From Scenedesmus sp. PABB004 (taxonomy: Eukaryota), in the NCBI GenBank assembly GCA_014905635.1, contig JABVCE010000009.1, forward strand, positions 62,001 to 126,000: a DNA stretch of 64,000 nucleotides, in the 5' to 3' direction. A model generated the notes under the pieces. That model ran no database searches. It was not told the DNA's origin and saw only the letters and a list, made by a program, of their open reading frames with translations. Shown piece after piece: positions 24,152 through 35,000 of the stretch. A program made the position numbers and the translations under genes. How positions within the stretch are numbered: position 1 is the first letter of the stretch; every line of letters begins with the position of its first letter.

Positions 24152-24881
24152 TTCTGTGGGGGGCTGCTGTCGGTCTCCTCCTGGCGGTACTGCTGGGCTG
24201 CCGCCTACTCTATATCATGTTGAGAGCTCGGTCTGCGGCGAACGGGCAGCTCGCGGGCGGGCGAGGGCGGGGGTGCGGCGAGCGGCGCTCCGGGTCCTCG
24301 CGCCGAGAAACCGAACTGGTGGTTTGCCCGACTGTCGCGCCGGCTGGCTCCCTAAACGACGCGAATCTATCAGATCGGCGGCTGGGACTGCAGAGAGCTG
24401 GGCCGCGCCGGCCCAGCGCGGCCGGCAGGAGTGGCCGGCAGTACGTGCGCCCGGCGGCGCCGGGCGCCGCGAGAGTGAGCTGCGCAGCTCCCCGCAGCCC
24501 GGCGTGGCCACTGATCGGTCGGATTGGAGTGGCAGAACTCCCGACAGGTGCCCCGCACAGCGCCGGCGCGCAGGCGCGCGGCTGCGCACTCTGCCCGCGA
24601 GGCGCCGTCGCTCACTCGCGCTGCCTTTCGTGCCGCTCAGCACCGCCCCTGCTGGCTCCGCCAGCTGTCACGAGCTGCCCGAGTCCTCATCCAGCTGCTG
24701 AGGCGCGCCAGCAGCAGGCCGGGGGTCGGGCCAGCCGGGCACCAGGCTGCGCTGGCCAGCCAGGCTGGGCGCTGGGCACACGAGCTGCTCGTGATGAGCA
24801 CGCGCGCTCGCTCGCAGCACGTCACACGCCGCCCGGCGCCCACGGCAGCGCCTCCCCAGCACGCGCGCGCGCGCGCCGCGC

Positions 24882-26568
24882 TCACAGGTCGGCCATGGGG
24901 TCGTCCCGGACGTCGCGCGCGGCGTAGCTCTCCACGCGCTTCTTCTTGCCGCCGCCGGCGCCGGGGCGGTTGGCCGTCGGCAGCGCCTTGAGCCCCGCGG
25001 GCGTCTTGAGCGCGCGCTCCCACGTCGCCGCGTGCTTCTGGTACAGGTAGAGCGCCGCGCGCGCGTCGTCCACCGAGCTGTGCTCGCCCTCCTGTATCGT
25101 CAGCCCCAGCTCCTGTCCGCGCGCGCGCGCGTGAGCGCGTGAGCGTGGGCGCGCGCGCGCGTGCTGCGCGTGCTGCGCCGACGGCCGGCGCGCGCCGCGG
25201 CGCGGCGCACCTGCAGCGCGAGGTGGCGCAGCGCGCGCGGGCGGCGCTTGCCGCCCCTGCTGAACATGAGGGGCGGGTACTTTGCTGTGTCGCGCGTGTC
25301 CTTGCGCGGATGGCTCAGCATCAGCACGCGCAGGTCCTTGGACACGCCGTGCCCCACGAGCGTGCGGCCCGACAGCAGCGCCGCGACGTCGGCCTGCACC
25401 GCCGCGAGCGCCGGCGCGCCGGCGAGGCTCGACGGCGTGATGCCGCTGACCCACGTCCTGCGGGGCGGGGCCGGGTGCGGCGGGGTCGGGCGCGCGCTCG
25501 GCGGGGCGTCTGGCCCAGCTGGGCAGCCCTGAGCCTGGGCGGGCTGGTGGGCCTCCGGGCCCAGGGAGCAGCGCCCGCGCCGCGCCGCGCCGCGCCGCGC
25601 CGCGCGCCTGTAGTCAGTGACCGACTCCACCTGCGCCACGTGGCTGTCATAGAGAACGTTGCCCGCCGAGTTGACCTGGCGCACGGGGGCAGCGGCGACG
25701 GCAGCGGCGGCGGCGCGGGCGGTGAGCCCTGGCAGCAGTCCCGGCTGTGTGCGCCGCGCGCGCGCCGCCCGCGTCGCCGCGCCGGCCGGCGCAGGCCCTC
25801 CCTGCCCCCGGTCGCCCCCGGGGCGCTCGGCGCGCGCCGCTCACGATGCTGACGCGCGCGAGCGAGTCGCGCTCGCCGCCGGGGCCGACGCCGACCATCT
25901 CGCAGTCGATCGCCACGATCGGCGTGGCGTCCTTGGTGTGGCCGATGCTGCCGATCGCCTTCTTGGGCGGCGCCGCGCCCGCGGCGCCGTCCGGCGGCGG
26001 GCGCTTGCGGCGCGGCTTGGGGTTGGCCGCCTCGGCCGCCGCCAGCTGCTGCCTCAGCGCCTGCCAGTTGCTGCTCACGGCCGCCGGTTGCTTGGCGTGC
26101 CAGGGCTTGGCCGCCGCCACCGCGGCCGCGGCCGTCGTGGCCGCCGCGGCGACCGCAGCCGCCGCAGGCGCGTCCGCCGCCGCACGCTTGGCTGCCCCGG
26201 CGGCGGCGCCTGCCGTCGCGTTTTTGCCACCAGCCGCGCCCTCGGCCGCCTGCTTGCGCTTGGCCCGGGCCTTCTTGCGCTTGTTGGCAAACGCGGCCTG
26301 GCTCGGCTTGGGCTGCTGCTCGGCCGCCGGCTGCGGCTGCGGCCGGGCGGGCGGCTGCCGCGGCCCGGCCGGCGGCTTCCCCGCCAGGCCAGGCGCCGCC
26401 TGCTTGGTCCTCTTGCCGGCCGGCTGCCCCTCGTCCGGGCCGCTTGCGTGCTTGCGCTTGCCGGGCGCCGAGCCGCCCTGCGGCTGCCGCTGCTGCGGCT
26501 GCTGCTGCTGCGGCTGGCCGCCGGCTGGCTTGTGCTTGTGCTTGTGCTTGCCGCCGCCCGCCGGCTGC

Positions 26569-26604
<36 letters not shown>

Positions 26605-26681
26605 CGACTGCCGTTCTTGGGGACGGGCGCCGGCAGGCCGTGCACCGGCACGATGGGCCGGGCGTGGACCTTTTTCCGCAT
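24882..26681 (-). CDS. REX4: RNA exonuclease 4 (DEDDh family, 4 exons)
   Basis: IVAIDCEMVGVG, LARVSI|VN, VTDYR|TWVSGI, LVGHGVSKDL, RDTAKY, IQEGEHSSVDDARAALYLY. Basic low-complexity N-terminus containing SSNW. Confidence 0.93.
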
Positions 26682-26718
26682 TGCTGCTGCTGCTCCTGCT
26701 GCTCCTGCTCCTGCTCCG

Positions 26719-27284
26719 CTAGTGCTGCTGCTTCTGGGACGCTTCCACCGCCGCGAGCTTGTCTGCGGCACGCACGCGGCGAGCAGGCAGGCAGGTAGGC
26801 CGCGCTGCAGTCGCAGCCGCCGCCGCAGCGCCGCCGGAGCGCAGGTCCGCGGTGCGTGGGCGCAGGCCACGCACCGGCCACGGCCTTGGTGGCGGCTGGC
26901 TTGTAGCTCAGAAAGAAGATGCTGCCGCGCTTGAGGTACACGGCCTACGGGCGCGGGCGGGGCGGTGGGCAGCAGCGAGCAGCGGCGGCGGCGGCTGCGC
27001 GCCCGCCCGCGCCCGCGCCGCCGATGCAGCGGCCGCTCCGGAGCCCTCACCCGGCCCTGCTTGAGGCTGTTGAGCTCCGCCTGCGCGACGCGCAGCGTCT
27101 GGGCCTGCGCGGCGCAGCGACGGCGCCGGCGGCCGGCGGTGGGGCTGCGGCAGCCGCGCGGCGGCCAGCCCGTGGCGCGGGCGGCACGGCGTGCCGCGCG
27201 TCCATCCAGCCTTCGCACCTGCAGCTCTGCCCGCCGCTGCGTCGCGCCGGCTGGCTCGGGGCGGTGCTGCTCACGCGCGCTCAT
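26719..27284 (-). CDS. Small beta-prefoldin-like protein resembling ASDURF (77 aa, 4 exons)
   Basis: Exons 27284-27219, 27104-27051, 26944-26875 and 26762-26719 (all GT-AG, 234 nt) give MSAREQHRPEPAGATQRRAELQAQTLRVAQAELNSLKQGRAVYLKRGSIFFLSYKPAATKAVADKLAAVEASQKQQH*. The ELxxLK..R.VY...x.IFFL core resembles human ASDURF as recalled. Confidence 0.72.
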
Positions 27285-27726
27285 CGCTCATGGCGCGGCA
27301 ACGGGCGCAGCAGCGGAGGCAGCGTGCGCGTGCTGTGACACGGGCGGCTAGCGATTTTCGACGCCGGGGCGCAGGGAGCAGCCGGCGTCGCCAGGCCAGC
27401 TGAAGCGCGCCGCTGCGCCGCTCCGCCAGACGGCGGCGTTGCGTCGGCCGGGGGTGGGTGCCGCTGCGGCCGCACCGCGATCCCGTCACCCCACACTCTT
27501 AGGGGGCTCACACAGCGCGATGGCGGACCGTCTCGGCGGCGATTGGCGGCGCGCGACACGGAGCTGGCCCAGCGCGTGCGGGCGCGGCCGGCTCACTCCT
27601 TGATCGCGCGCGCGGGCGTCGGCCGGCTCACTCCTTTCATCGCGCCTTGACCCCAAAGCTCAAGTCCCGCCATCCATGCCCCCCCCCCCCCCCCCCCCCG
27701 TATCATCGCCGCCGCCGCCGCCGCCG

Positions 27727-29534
27727 TCACAGTCCCTTGTTCTGCTTGACCAGCGTGCTGTGCCGCAGCACGCGCGTCGGCGTGCCAGCGTCCTCGCTGG
27801 ACACCTCGCGCTTGCGCGTGGGGTTCATGTAGAAGCTGGCGTTGCTGGCGGCCTCCACGTCCTCGCCCTCGCTCGAGCAGCGCGTGCTCGCGCTGCGCAC
27901 GCTCACGGGCAGCTCCGACGACGCCGCGCTGCTGCCGCCGAGGCGCGAGCGCACGCCGACGACGACGACCACCGCCGCCAGCGCGGCGACGAGGCCGCCC
28001 GCGGCGACGCCGACGATCGCCGCCGCGCCCAGGCGGGCGGGCGCGGACGCGGGCGCGGACGCGGGCGCGCCGCCCCGCGCGGCGCGCGCCGACACGGCGC
28101 CCGCGGCGGCGCTGTTGAGCTTCTCCAGCTCGCCCTGCCCGCTGGCGCCGGGGCGGAAGGCCAGGCCGCCGTAGCTCGGCGCGCCCGAGGGGATGAGCTC
28201 GACCTCGCCGCCTGCGCCCGCTGCCGCGGCCTGGTCGGCCGACGAGCTCTCCAGCGTCAGCGGGTTGCCGTTGACGTCATACAGCTGCTCCTCGCCGCCC
28301 CCGGCCGCCGCGCCGGACGCCTCCTCGCCTGCATCGCTGGCGGCGGCCTGGGCGCTGTGGTCCGGCTCCGGCTGCTGCTCCTCAAGCGCCGCGCCGCGCG
28401 GGTGCTCCTCCGGCTGCGCCGCCGGCTCTGGCGTCGTTGGCTCCGGCGTTGCCGGCTCCACTGGCTCCGCCGGCTCCGCCGCGGCGGCGAGCGCGAGCTG
28501 CTCTGCCGGCTCCTGCTGCTGCGTGACCTCCGGCTGCTGCGTGACCTCCGGCTGCTGCACGGGCGTCGGCTGCTGCACGGCCGCCGGCTGCTGCACGGCC
28601 GCCGGCTGTGCCTGGGGCTTGAGCAGCGGCGCGCCGCCGGTCATCATTTTGAGCAGCTGGTTGAACCCGCCCGCCTGGCGGGGCGTCACGACGCCGCCGC
28701 GGGACTCCTCCGGCTGCCCGCCCTGAGGCGCGGCGGGCTCCTGCGCGGGCTCGGCGTCCGGCTGCGCGGCGAGCTCCTGCGCGGGCTCGGCGACCGGCTG
28801 CGCGGCGGGCTCCTGCGCGGGCTCGGCGACCGGCTGCGCGGCGGCCGGCTGCGCGGTGGCGGGCTGCGCGAAGGCCGCGCCGGCGCCGAGCTGCGCGTCC
28901 AGGCCGCTCTCCTCGGGACTGTAGTCCGTGTACTCCGGCAGCAGCTCCTCCTCGGGAATCGGCTCCTCCGGCACGGCGGACGCGTAGACGGGAGGTCCGC
29001 CGCCGCCGGCCGGCCGCTGCTGCGCGGCGCCGAGGCTGCCCGCCTCGGGCAGGGCCGACATCTCCTCGAGCGACGCGCCGACCTCGTCCGCGAGCGCCGC
29101 GTCGCGCTCGTCCGCGAGCTGGCCGTAGTCGCTGTATATTATGACCTCCTCGCCCGGCGAGCCGGGGTTGGCGAACGCGCCGCCGCCGAGCGCGGCGGCG
29201 GGCTGCTGCGCGGCGCGGCCAGCCGCGGCCGCGCCGCCGCCGCCCATCATCGACAGCAGCATCGCCGCGCCGTCTTGGGCGGCCGGCGCGACGGGCGTCT
29301 CGTATGGCGTGTAGTTGTCCTCTGCGGGCGGCGGGGCAGGGGGCGAGGCGGGCGGGGGTCGGCCAGCGCGGCCGCCCGCGCACCGCTGCTGCCCGCCGCC
29401 GCCGCGGCCCAGCAGCGCCTCCAAGCTCGAGCTGGAGCTGCGTGAGCTCACTCACCATACGCCTGCGCCAAGGCGCCCGTGGCCGCTGCCAGGAGCAGGA
29501 GCAGCCCCGCCAGCCTCAACTGCTCCCGCCTCAT
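27727..29534 (-). CDS. Type-I membrane protein, acidic low-complexity ectodomain, unknown function (2 exons)
   Basis: Exon 29534-29456 encodes a signal peptide (MRREQLRLAGLLLLLAAATGALA). Exon 29321-27727 has QPAA/QPVAEPAQE repeats and a C-terminal TM (AAAIVGVAAGGLVAALAAVVVVVGV-RSR). Confidence 0.72.
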
Positions 29535-29837
29535 CTCCGTCCGCGTCTCGCGCGCCCCCAGCGCGGCGCAGAACGCTTTTTAGAGTCCCTGGAGAGTTAC
29601 GGGCGACTGGGCGCGGCGTGCCGACGAGGCGTCGAGCGCCCCTCGGCAAGGCGCGAAGGGCGTGCCCGCGAGCTGCGGGTCTTGTGGGAGCTGCTGTTCG
29701 CGCAATGGCTGGCTTGCAGTGGAGTGGCGACCGACGAGGTGCGCAGCGCGGGCGGCGTTGCCTTCGTGCCGGAGGCGCACGGCCCGCCGCTCCAAATTCC
29801 CCGCCCGCCACGCTTGCTCAGCGCCGCTGACCATGAT

Positions 29838-29842
29838 TTACA
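29838..29842 (-). promoter_or_regulatory. TGTAA green-algal polyadenylation signal
   Basis: TTACA on the + strand, about 85 nt downstream of the stop of the minus-strand gene ending at 29927. Confidence 0.5.
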
Positions 29843-29926
29843 GCTCAGAATGCACTTGCTCAGCGCCGCCTGGGATGCTGTGCAGCTGCGCAACGCCGCC
29901 ATCAACCCCCCACCCACCAGCGCGCG

Positions 29927-31265
29927 TCAGTCGGACAGCGTGAAGCGCCGGATGTCGGGCGCGGCGCCGCTGGCCGCCGAGGCCGCCGTGCTCGCGGCGG
30001 CGCTCGCGGCGCTCGCGGCGCGCGCGGCGAGCTCCACGTCCTCGGCCGCCGCCGTGGGCTTGTAGCCGCTCGCGGTCTGGGCGGTGATCGCGCGCGCGCG
30101 GAGCATGAGCAGCACGCCGGTCCCCGCCAGCACAGCCACGAGGGCGCCGACGGCGATACCGGAGATCGCGCCCACGCTCAGCGCTGCGCCCGCGCGGCGC
30201 GCGCCGCCGGCGGCGCCCGGCGCGGCGGTGACGGGCACCGCCACGCTGTCGTCTGCAAGCAGGTCGACCGGCGCGAGCTCCGCGTGGTCGGCGGCCGCCG
30301 CGGCGGCGGCCTCCGCCTGCAGGTCGGCAAACGTGCCCGACGCCTCGCCGCGCGGCGACTGCTCGAGCGTCTGCGTCTCGGACTGCTCCAGGCTCGCGGC
30401 GCCCGCGGCGCCCGTGGCGCCGCCCGCCACGGCCGCGGCCGCGGGCGCCGGCGCGGGCGCGGGCGCGGGCTTGCCCGCGGCCGCGGGCGCGGGGTGCGTG
30501 GGGTCGACGACGACGGTGAACGTGTGCGCCTTGAAGCGGTCACGCGCGCTCAGCGTCGCGGCGTCGCGGTCGAGCTCCGCGAGGTTGGCCAGCCTGATCG
30601 CCTCGGCCTCCTCCTCGGTGGCCGCCGCGTCAAGCACGCGCTGCTCCTCGGCCGCGCCGGCGCCGCCCTGCTGCTGCCCGTCGGCGTACGCCTCGGCCTG
30701 CGCGCTCTCCAGCCGGTACTGCTCCGCGGCGGGGTCGGCGCCCGCGCCGGCCTCCGCGCCGGCGTCGGGCGCGGCCCAGCGGCCGAGCCGCGCGCCGCGG
30801 CGCGCCATGAGGCTCTCAAACTGCTCCTCCGCGCTCGGCGCGGCGTCGTCCGCGACCGCGTCGAGCGTGCCGCTCTCCAGGCCCATGCGCGCCGCCACGC
30901 CGTCGTCGGCGGCGGCGCCATATGCGCCGGCCACGGGCGCGGGGGTCTCGTCGAGGGAGAGGTCAAAGACAAACGGGTCAGCCGGGCCCTGCCCCGCCGG
31001 CCCGAGCACGCCCGCCGCCTCGTCGCTGCTCGCGCTGCTGAAGCCTGCGGCGCGGCGGCGAGGTCACGGGGCGAGGTCACGGGGCGAGGTCACGGGGCGA
31101 GGTCACGGGGCGAGGTCACGGGGCGAGGTCACGGGGCGCTGGCCAGCGGGTCGCCTGCCGCCGCCGAGAGAGCTCACCAGTCTGTGCCCAGCAGCTCCCA
31201 GCAGTCAGAAGCAGCAGCGCCAGCGCCAGTGGGGCGTGGCGCGGGGCCGCACGCGCCGTCGCCAT
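29927..31265 (-). CDS. Type-I membrane protein, acidic ectodomain, unknown function (2 exons); probable paralog of the neighbour
   Basis: Exon 31265-31178 encodes a signal peptide (MATARAAPRHAPLALALLLLTAGSCWA). Exon 31044-29927 contains a TM (LSVGAISGIAVGALVAVLAGTGVLLML-RAR). Confidence 0.72.
31058..31136. repeat. 13-bp minisatellite (GCGAGGTCACGGG) x6 in an intron
   Basis: Six perfect tandem copies are directly visible. Confidence 0.9.
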
Positions 31266-32059
31266 GCTGCTGCGCCTGGCTCGTGTGCCGGGGTGGTCAC
31301 CGAGGTGGTCGCACTGCGCGGCAGGTGGCTCTCACTCAGCGCGCTGCAGCTCGCGGAGCTGTCGTGGAGCTGTCGGCGCCCTTTGCGGCCATGGCGTGCG
31401 CGCGGGCTGGGGCCCGCGCGCGAGCCCGCCCGCGAGCGCGCAGCGGCGCTGGCAGCAGCGCGGCAGCTCTCACGCGTCGTGTAGTGTGCCTACGATTGCC
31501 CCTGGCGCGGCCCCAGCTCGTCGCGCGGCCTGCAAAGCAGCCTGGGCTGGGCTGGCAGCGTGCCGCAGTTGTGCCCCCGCGGCTTGCGCGCAGCTAGACG
31601 GCTGCCTGCCTGGTGCCTCTGGGGAAGCTGGCACCTCCGCCAGTGCGACGGCGGGCGACAGGGCTCAGCAGGCGACAGGGCTCAGCGGTCGCGGCGCGGC
31701 CAGGGCGGCGGCGTGTGCGTGCCGCGCCGCGATGACGGTGCGGCAAGCCCGACTCCGCTGATAAGGAAGACCTACACTGCAGTTCAGGTGGGGCGCAACC
31801 GCGACCGAGCGCCGCGCGCGCGCGGCCGCGAGCGGGTGCAACTTTCAGAAAGTTGAGCCTGCTGAGCCCTGGCCGAAGAGTGCCGGAAAAGCGCCCTCCA
31901 GCGCGCATGCAATCCGCCGCGACCGATCAGCGATCGCACCGCCAGTGGCAGCGGCAGCAGCGGCCGCAGCGGCGCCGCCGGCGCTCGAGAGCAGCAGCGG
32001 GCGGGCGCAGCCCAGGCCCCATGCGGCCCGCCGCGCCGCCCGGACGCCCCGCCTCCAGC

Positions 32060-35000
32060 ATGCTGGGCGCGGCGCGGCTGGCGCGGGCGGGCGCGGGCCG
32101 GCTGCTGGCGGCGTGCGGCGGAGCAGCGGCGCCGGGCCCGTCGCCGCGCGCCGGCAACGGCGGCGCGCTGCTGCGGCAGCTCAGTGGCGCCCCTCAGCCG
32201 CGCGCCTGGGAGCGTGGTGGTGCCGCCGCGCTCACCGGCGGCCGTGCCGTCGCCGCGGCTGCTGCAGCGCGGCAGCAGCGCGGCGCGCCCACGCCCAGGC
32301 GCCGGCCGTGCTCGAGCGCCGCGCAGCCGGCGGCGCCGCCGCCAGCGGGGAGCGCGCCCGCGCAGCAGCCGCAGACGCCGCAGCCGGGGCCGTCGGCGCA
32401 GTCCGCGGCCCCGCTCGCGCCGCAGCCGGCGGCGCCGCCGCCGCCACGGCCGGAGCCGCGCCGCCGGCCCGTGCTGACGCCGGCGGCGGCGGCCGCGGTC
32501 GAGGCATACCTGGGCACGCTCAACGAGCAGCAGCGCGCGGCGGCGCTCGGCGCGGAGCAGCACCAGCGCGTCATCGCGGGGCCGGGCAGCGGCAAGACGC
32601 GCGTCGTGGCGGCGCGCGTGGCGCGGCTGATTGCGGAGGGCGTCGACCCCAGCCGTCTGCTCGTCTTCACCTTCACGCGCAAGGCCGCGGGCGAGCTGCA
32701 GGAGCGCCTGCAGGCCCTGCTGGGCTCCCGTGTGGCGCGGCAGCTGCACGCGTGCACCTTCCACAGCCTCTGCCACGCCCTGCTGCGCGAGCACGGCGCG
32801 GCCGTGGGGCTGGGCGAGGTGCTGGTCGCGGACGACGATGACGTGAAGGGCGTCGTCACTGACGTCATGCTCGGCCGCGGGATGACGCAGGTGCTCGGCG
32901 GCCTGCCGCCCGCCGGCGCCGGCGCGGCCGCCGTCGCGGCTGCGGGCGGCGCCGCGACCGAGTCTGCGGCCAGGTTCGAGGCTGCCGCGCGGGAGGCGGC
33001 GTCCCTGAGCGTGGACGAGGCGGTGGGCCACTTTGGGCGCATGAAGAACTTTGTGGAGAGCACCTACCAGTGAGCAGGAGGTCTCGGGCGGGCGCGGCGG
33101 GCGGGCGGCGGGGCGGGCGGGGGCGGGGCGGGCGGGCGGGCGGGCGGGCGGGCGGGCGGGCGGGCGGGCGGGCGGGCGGCGGGCGGGCGCGCGGGCGGGC
33201 GGGCGCGCGGGCGGTGGCTGAGCGGGCGGTCATGCAGCGGGCGCCGGCGGGCCTCTAAGGATCCTGCGCCGCCGCCGCCAGCCCGCGCAGCGGCGACGCG
33301 CCGATGGCGCGCCGCGCCGGCGCCGACATCGTGGGCGAGCTGAGCCGCGCCGGCGTGCGCCTCGGCGCGGGCGGCAGCGGCGCGCTCGCGCACCTCGGCC
33401 GCCAGTACGACGCGTACGTGGCGGAGATGGAAGCGCGGGGCCTGGTGGACTTCAACGACCTGCTGCACGCCGCGCTCGCGATCGTGCAGAGCGACCGGGT
33501 GCGCGCGCCGTGCCGGCCGGGCGCGGCGCCGCTGCTGCCGCGGCCGCTGCCGCGCCAGTGCCGGCGGCGCGGCGCCTGCGGCGGGCGGGGCGGGCCGGGC
33601 GAGCTCACGCGCGCGCGCGCGCCCGCCGCGGCGCAGGTGCGCGCCGCGCTGCACGAGCGCTGGAGCCACGTGCTCGTCGACGAGTCGCAGGACACCAACC
33701 CCTGCCAGTTTGCCCTCATCCGCGCCATCACTGGTGCGCGCCTCGCGGCGCCGGCGGCGCTGCAGTGCGGCGCTTGCTTTCCGCACGCGCGCGCCCCGCC
33801 GCGGCCCCGCGCCGCGCCCACGCGCGCGGCGAGCGAACCCTTGCCGCGCCGCGCCCCCTTGCCCCGCCCCAGGCCCGCAGTCCAGCCTCTTCATGGTCGG
33901 AGACGCAGACCAGGTGGCACACCGCGGGGCGCGACTGTGCGGCGCCGCCGGTCGGCGCCGCCCAGCCCCGATCCTCGCGGCGGCGGCGGCGCCCCCGCGC
34001 GCGCCCACGCGTGTGCCCACACCGCGTGGCCGCGCCGCGCCGCGGCGCCCGCAGGCCATCTACGCCTTCCGCGGCGCCGACAGCGCGCTGCTCACGCACA
34101 GCTTCCGCCAGACCTACGCCGGCGCCGTCACGCGGCACCTGACCAGCAACTACCGCAGCCGCGAGGCCATCGTGCGCGCGGCTGACCTCATCCGCTTCCA
34201 GGAGTGAGCGCGGCGCATTGCAGTGCATTGCATTGCCGCGCGTCGCCGCGCGCTCGTCCGCCCGCGCCCCGCTGACCGCGCGCCCCCGCCCGCCGCCGCC
34301 GCGCCGCGCGCGCGCGCGCGCGCCCGCCGCGCCCCGCAGCAAGACGAGCGCGGCGCGGCAGCTCGCGCGCCCCGCGGCGCCGATGCGGCGCAACGGCGGC
34401 GCGGGCGACGCGGTCGTGCTGGTCGCGGCGGACAACGAGTTTGACGAGGCCGACCAGGCGCTGGCCGCGGTGCAGGACTGGCGCGCCGCAGGCTACGAGT
34501 GGGGGCAGATGGCCCTGCTCTTCCGCGCGGGGCACCTGATGCGCACGCCCTACAGCCGCCTGGTCGAGGCGGGGGTCCCCGCGCACATGCAGGCGCGCGC
34601 GGCGCGGCGGCGCGGCCGCGGCGCCCGCCGGCGGCGGCCGGGCGCGGCAGCGGGGCGGGCGGCGGGCGGCTCGCAGCGCGCTGCCCTGACGCGGCGCCCG
34701 CGCCGCGCCGCGCCGCGCCGCCCGTCCCGCCCGCGCCGCGCGCGTTTGGCCGGCCTCCCCGCAGATCGGCAAAGACTTCTGGGAGAGCGCGGAGGTCAAG
34801 GTCGCGCTCGCGCTGCTGCGCTGCGTCGTCGGCCCGGCGCACGCCACTGGCGCCCGCGTCGCGGCGCGCCTGGTCAAGAAGGGGGGCGTCGCCCTGCCGC
34901 TCACGGCCGGCCTCGGCGAGGCGACCATCGCCAAGCTGGTCGCCTTTATCGCTGACCAGCCCACGAGCGTCGCGGGCAGCGGCGGCGGCGGCGGCGGCGC

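Noticed and set aside
27585..27645. Short direct repeat CGGCCGGCTCACTCCTT x2
   Set aside because: Lies in a probable 3' UTR or intergenic region with no further support for function.
31058..31136. Regular repeat as a possible CRISPR array
   Set aside because: No spacers. It is a head-to-tail intronic minisatellite in a eukaryote.
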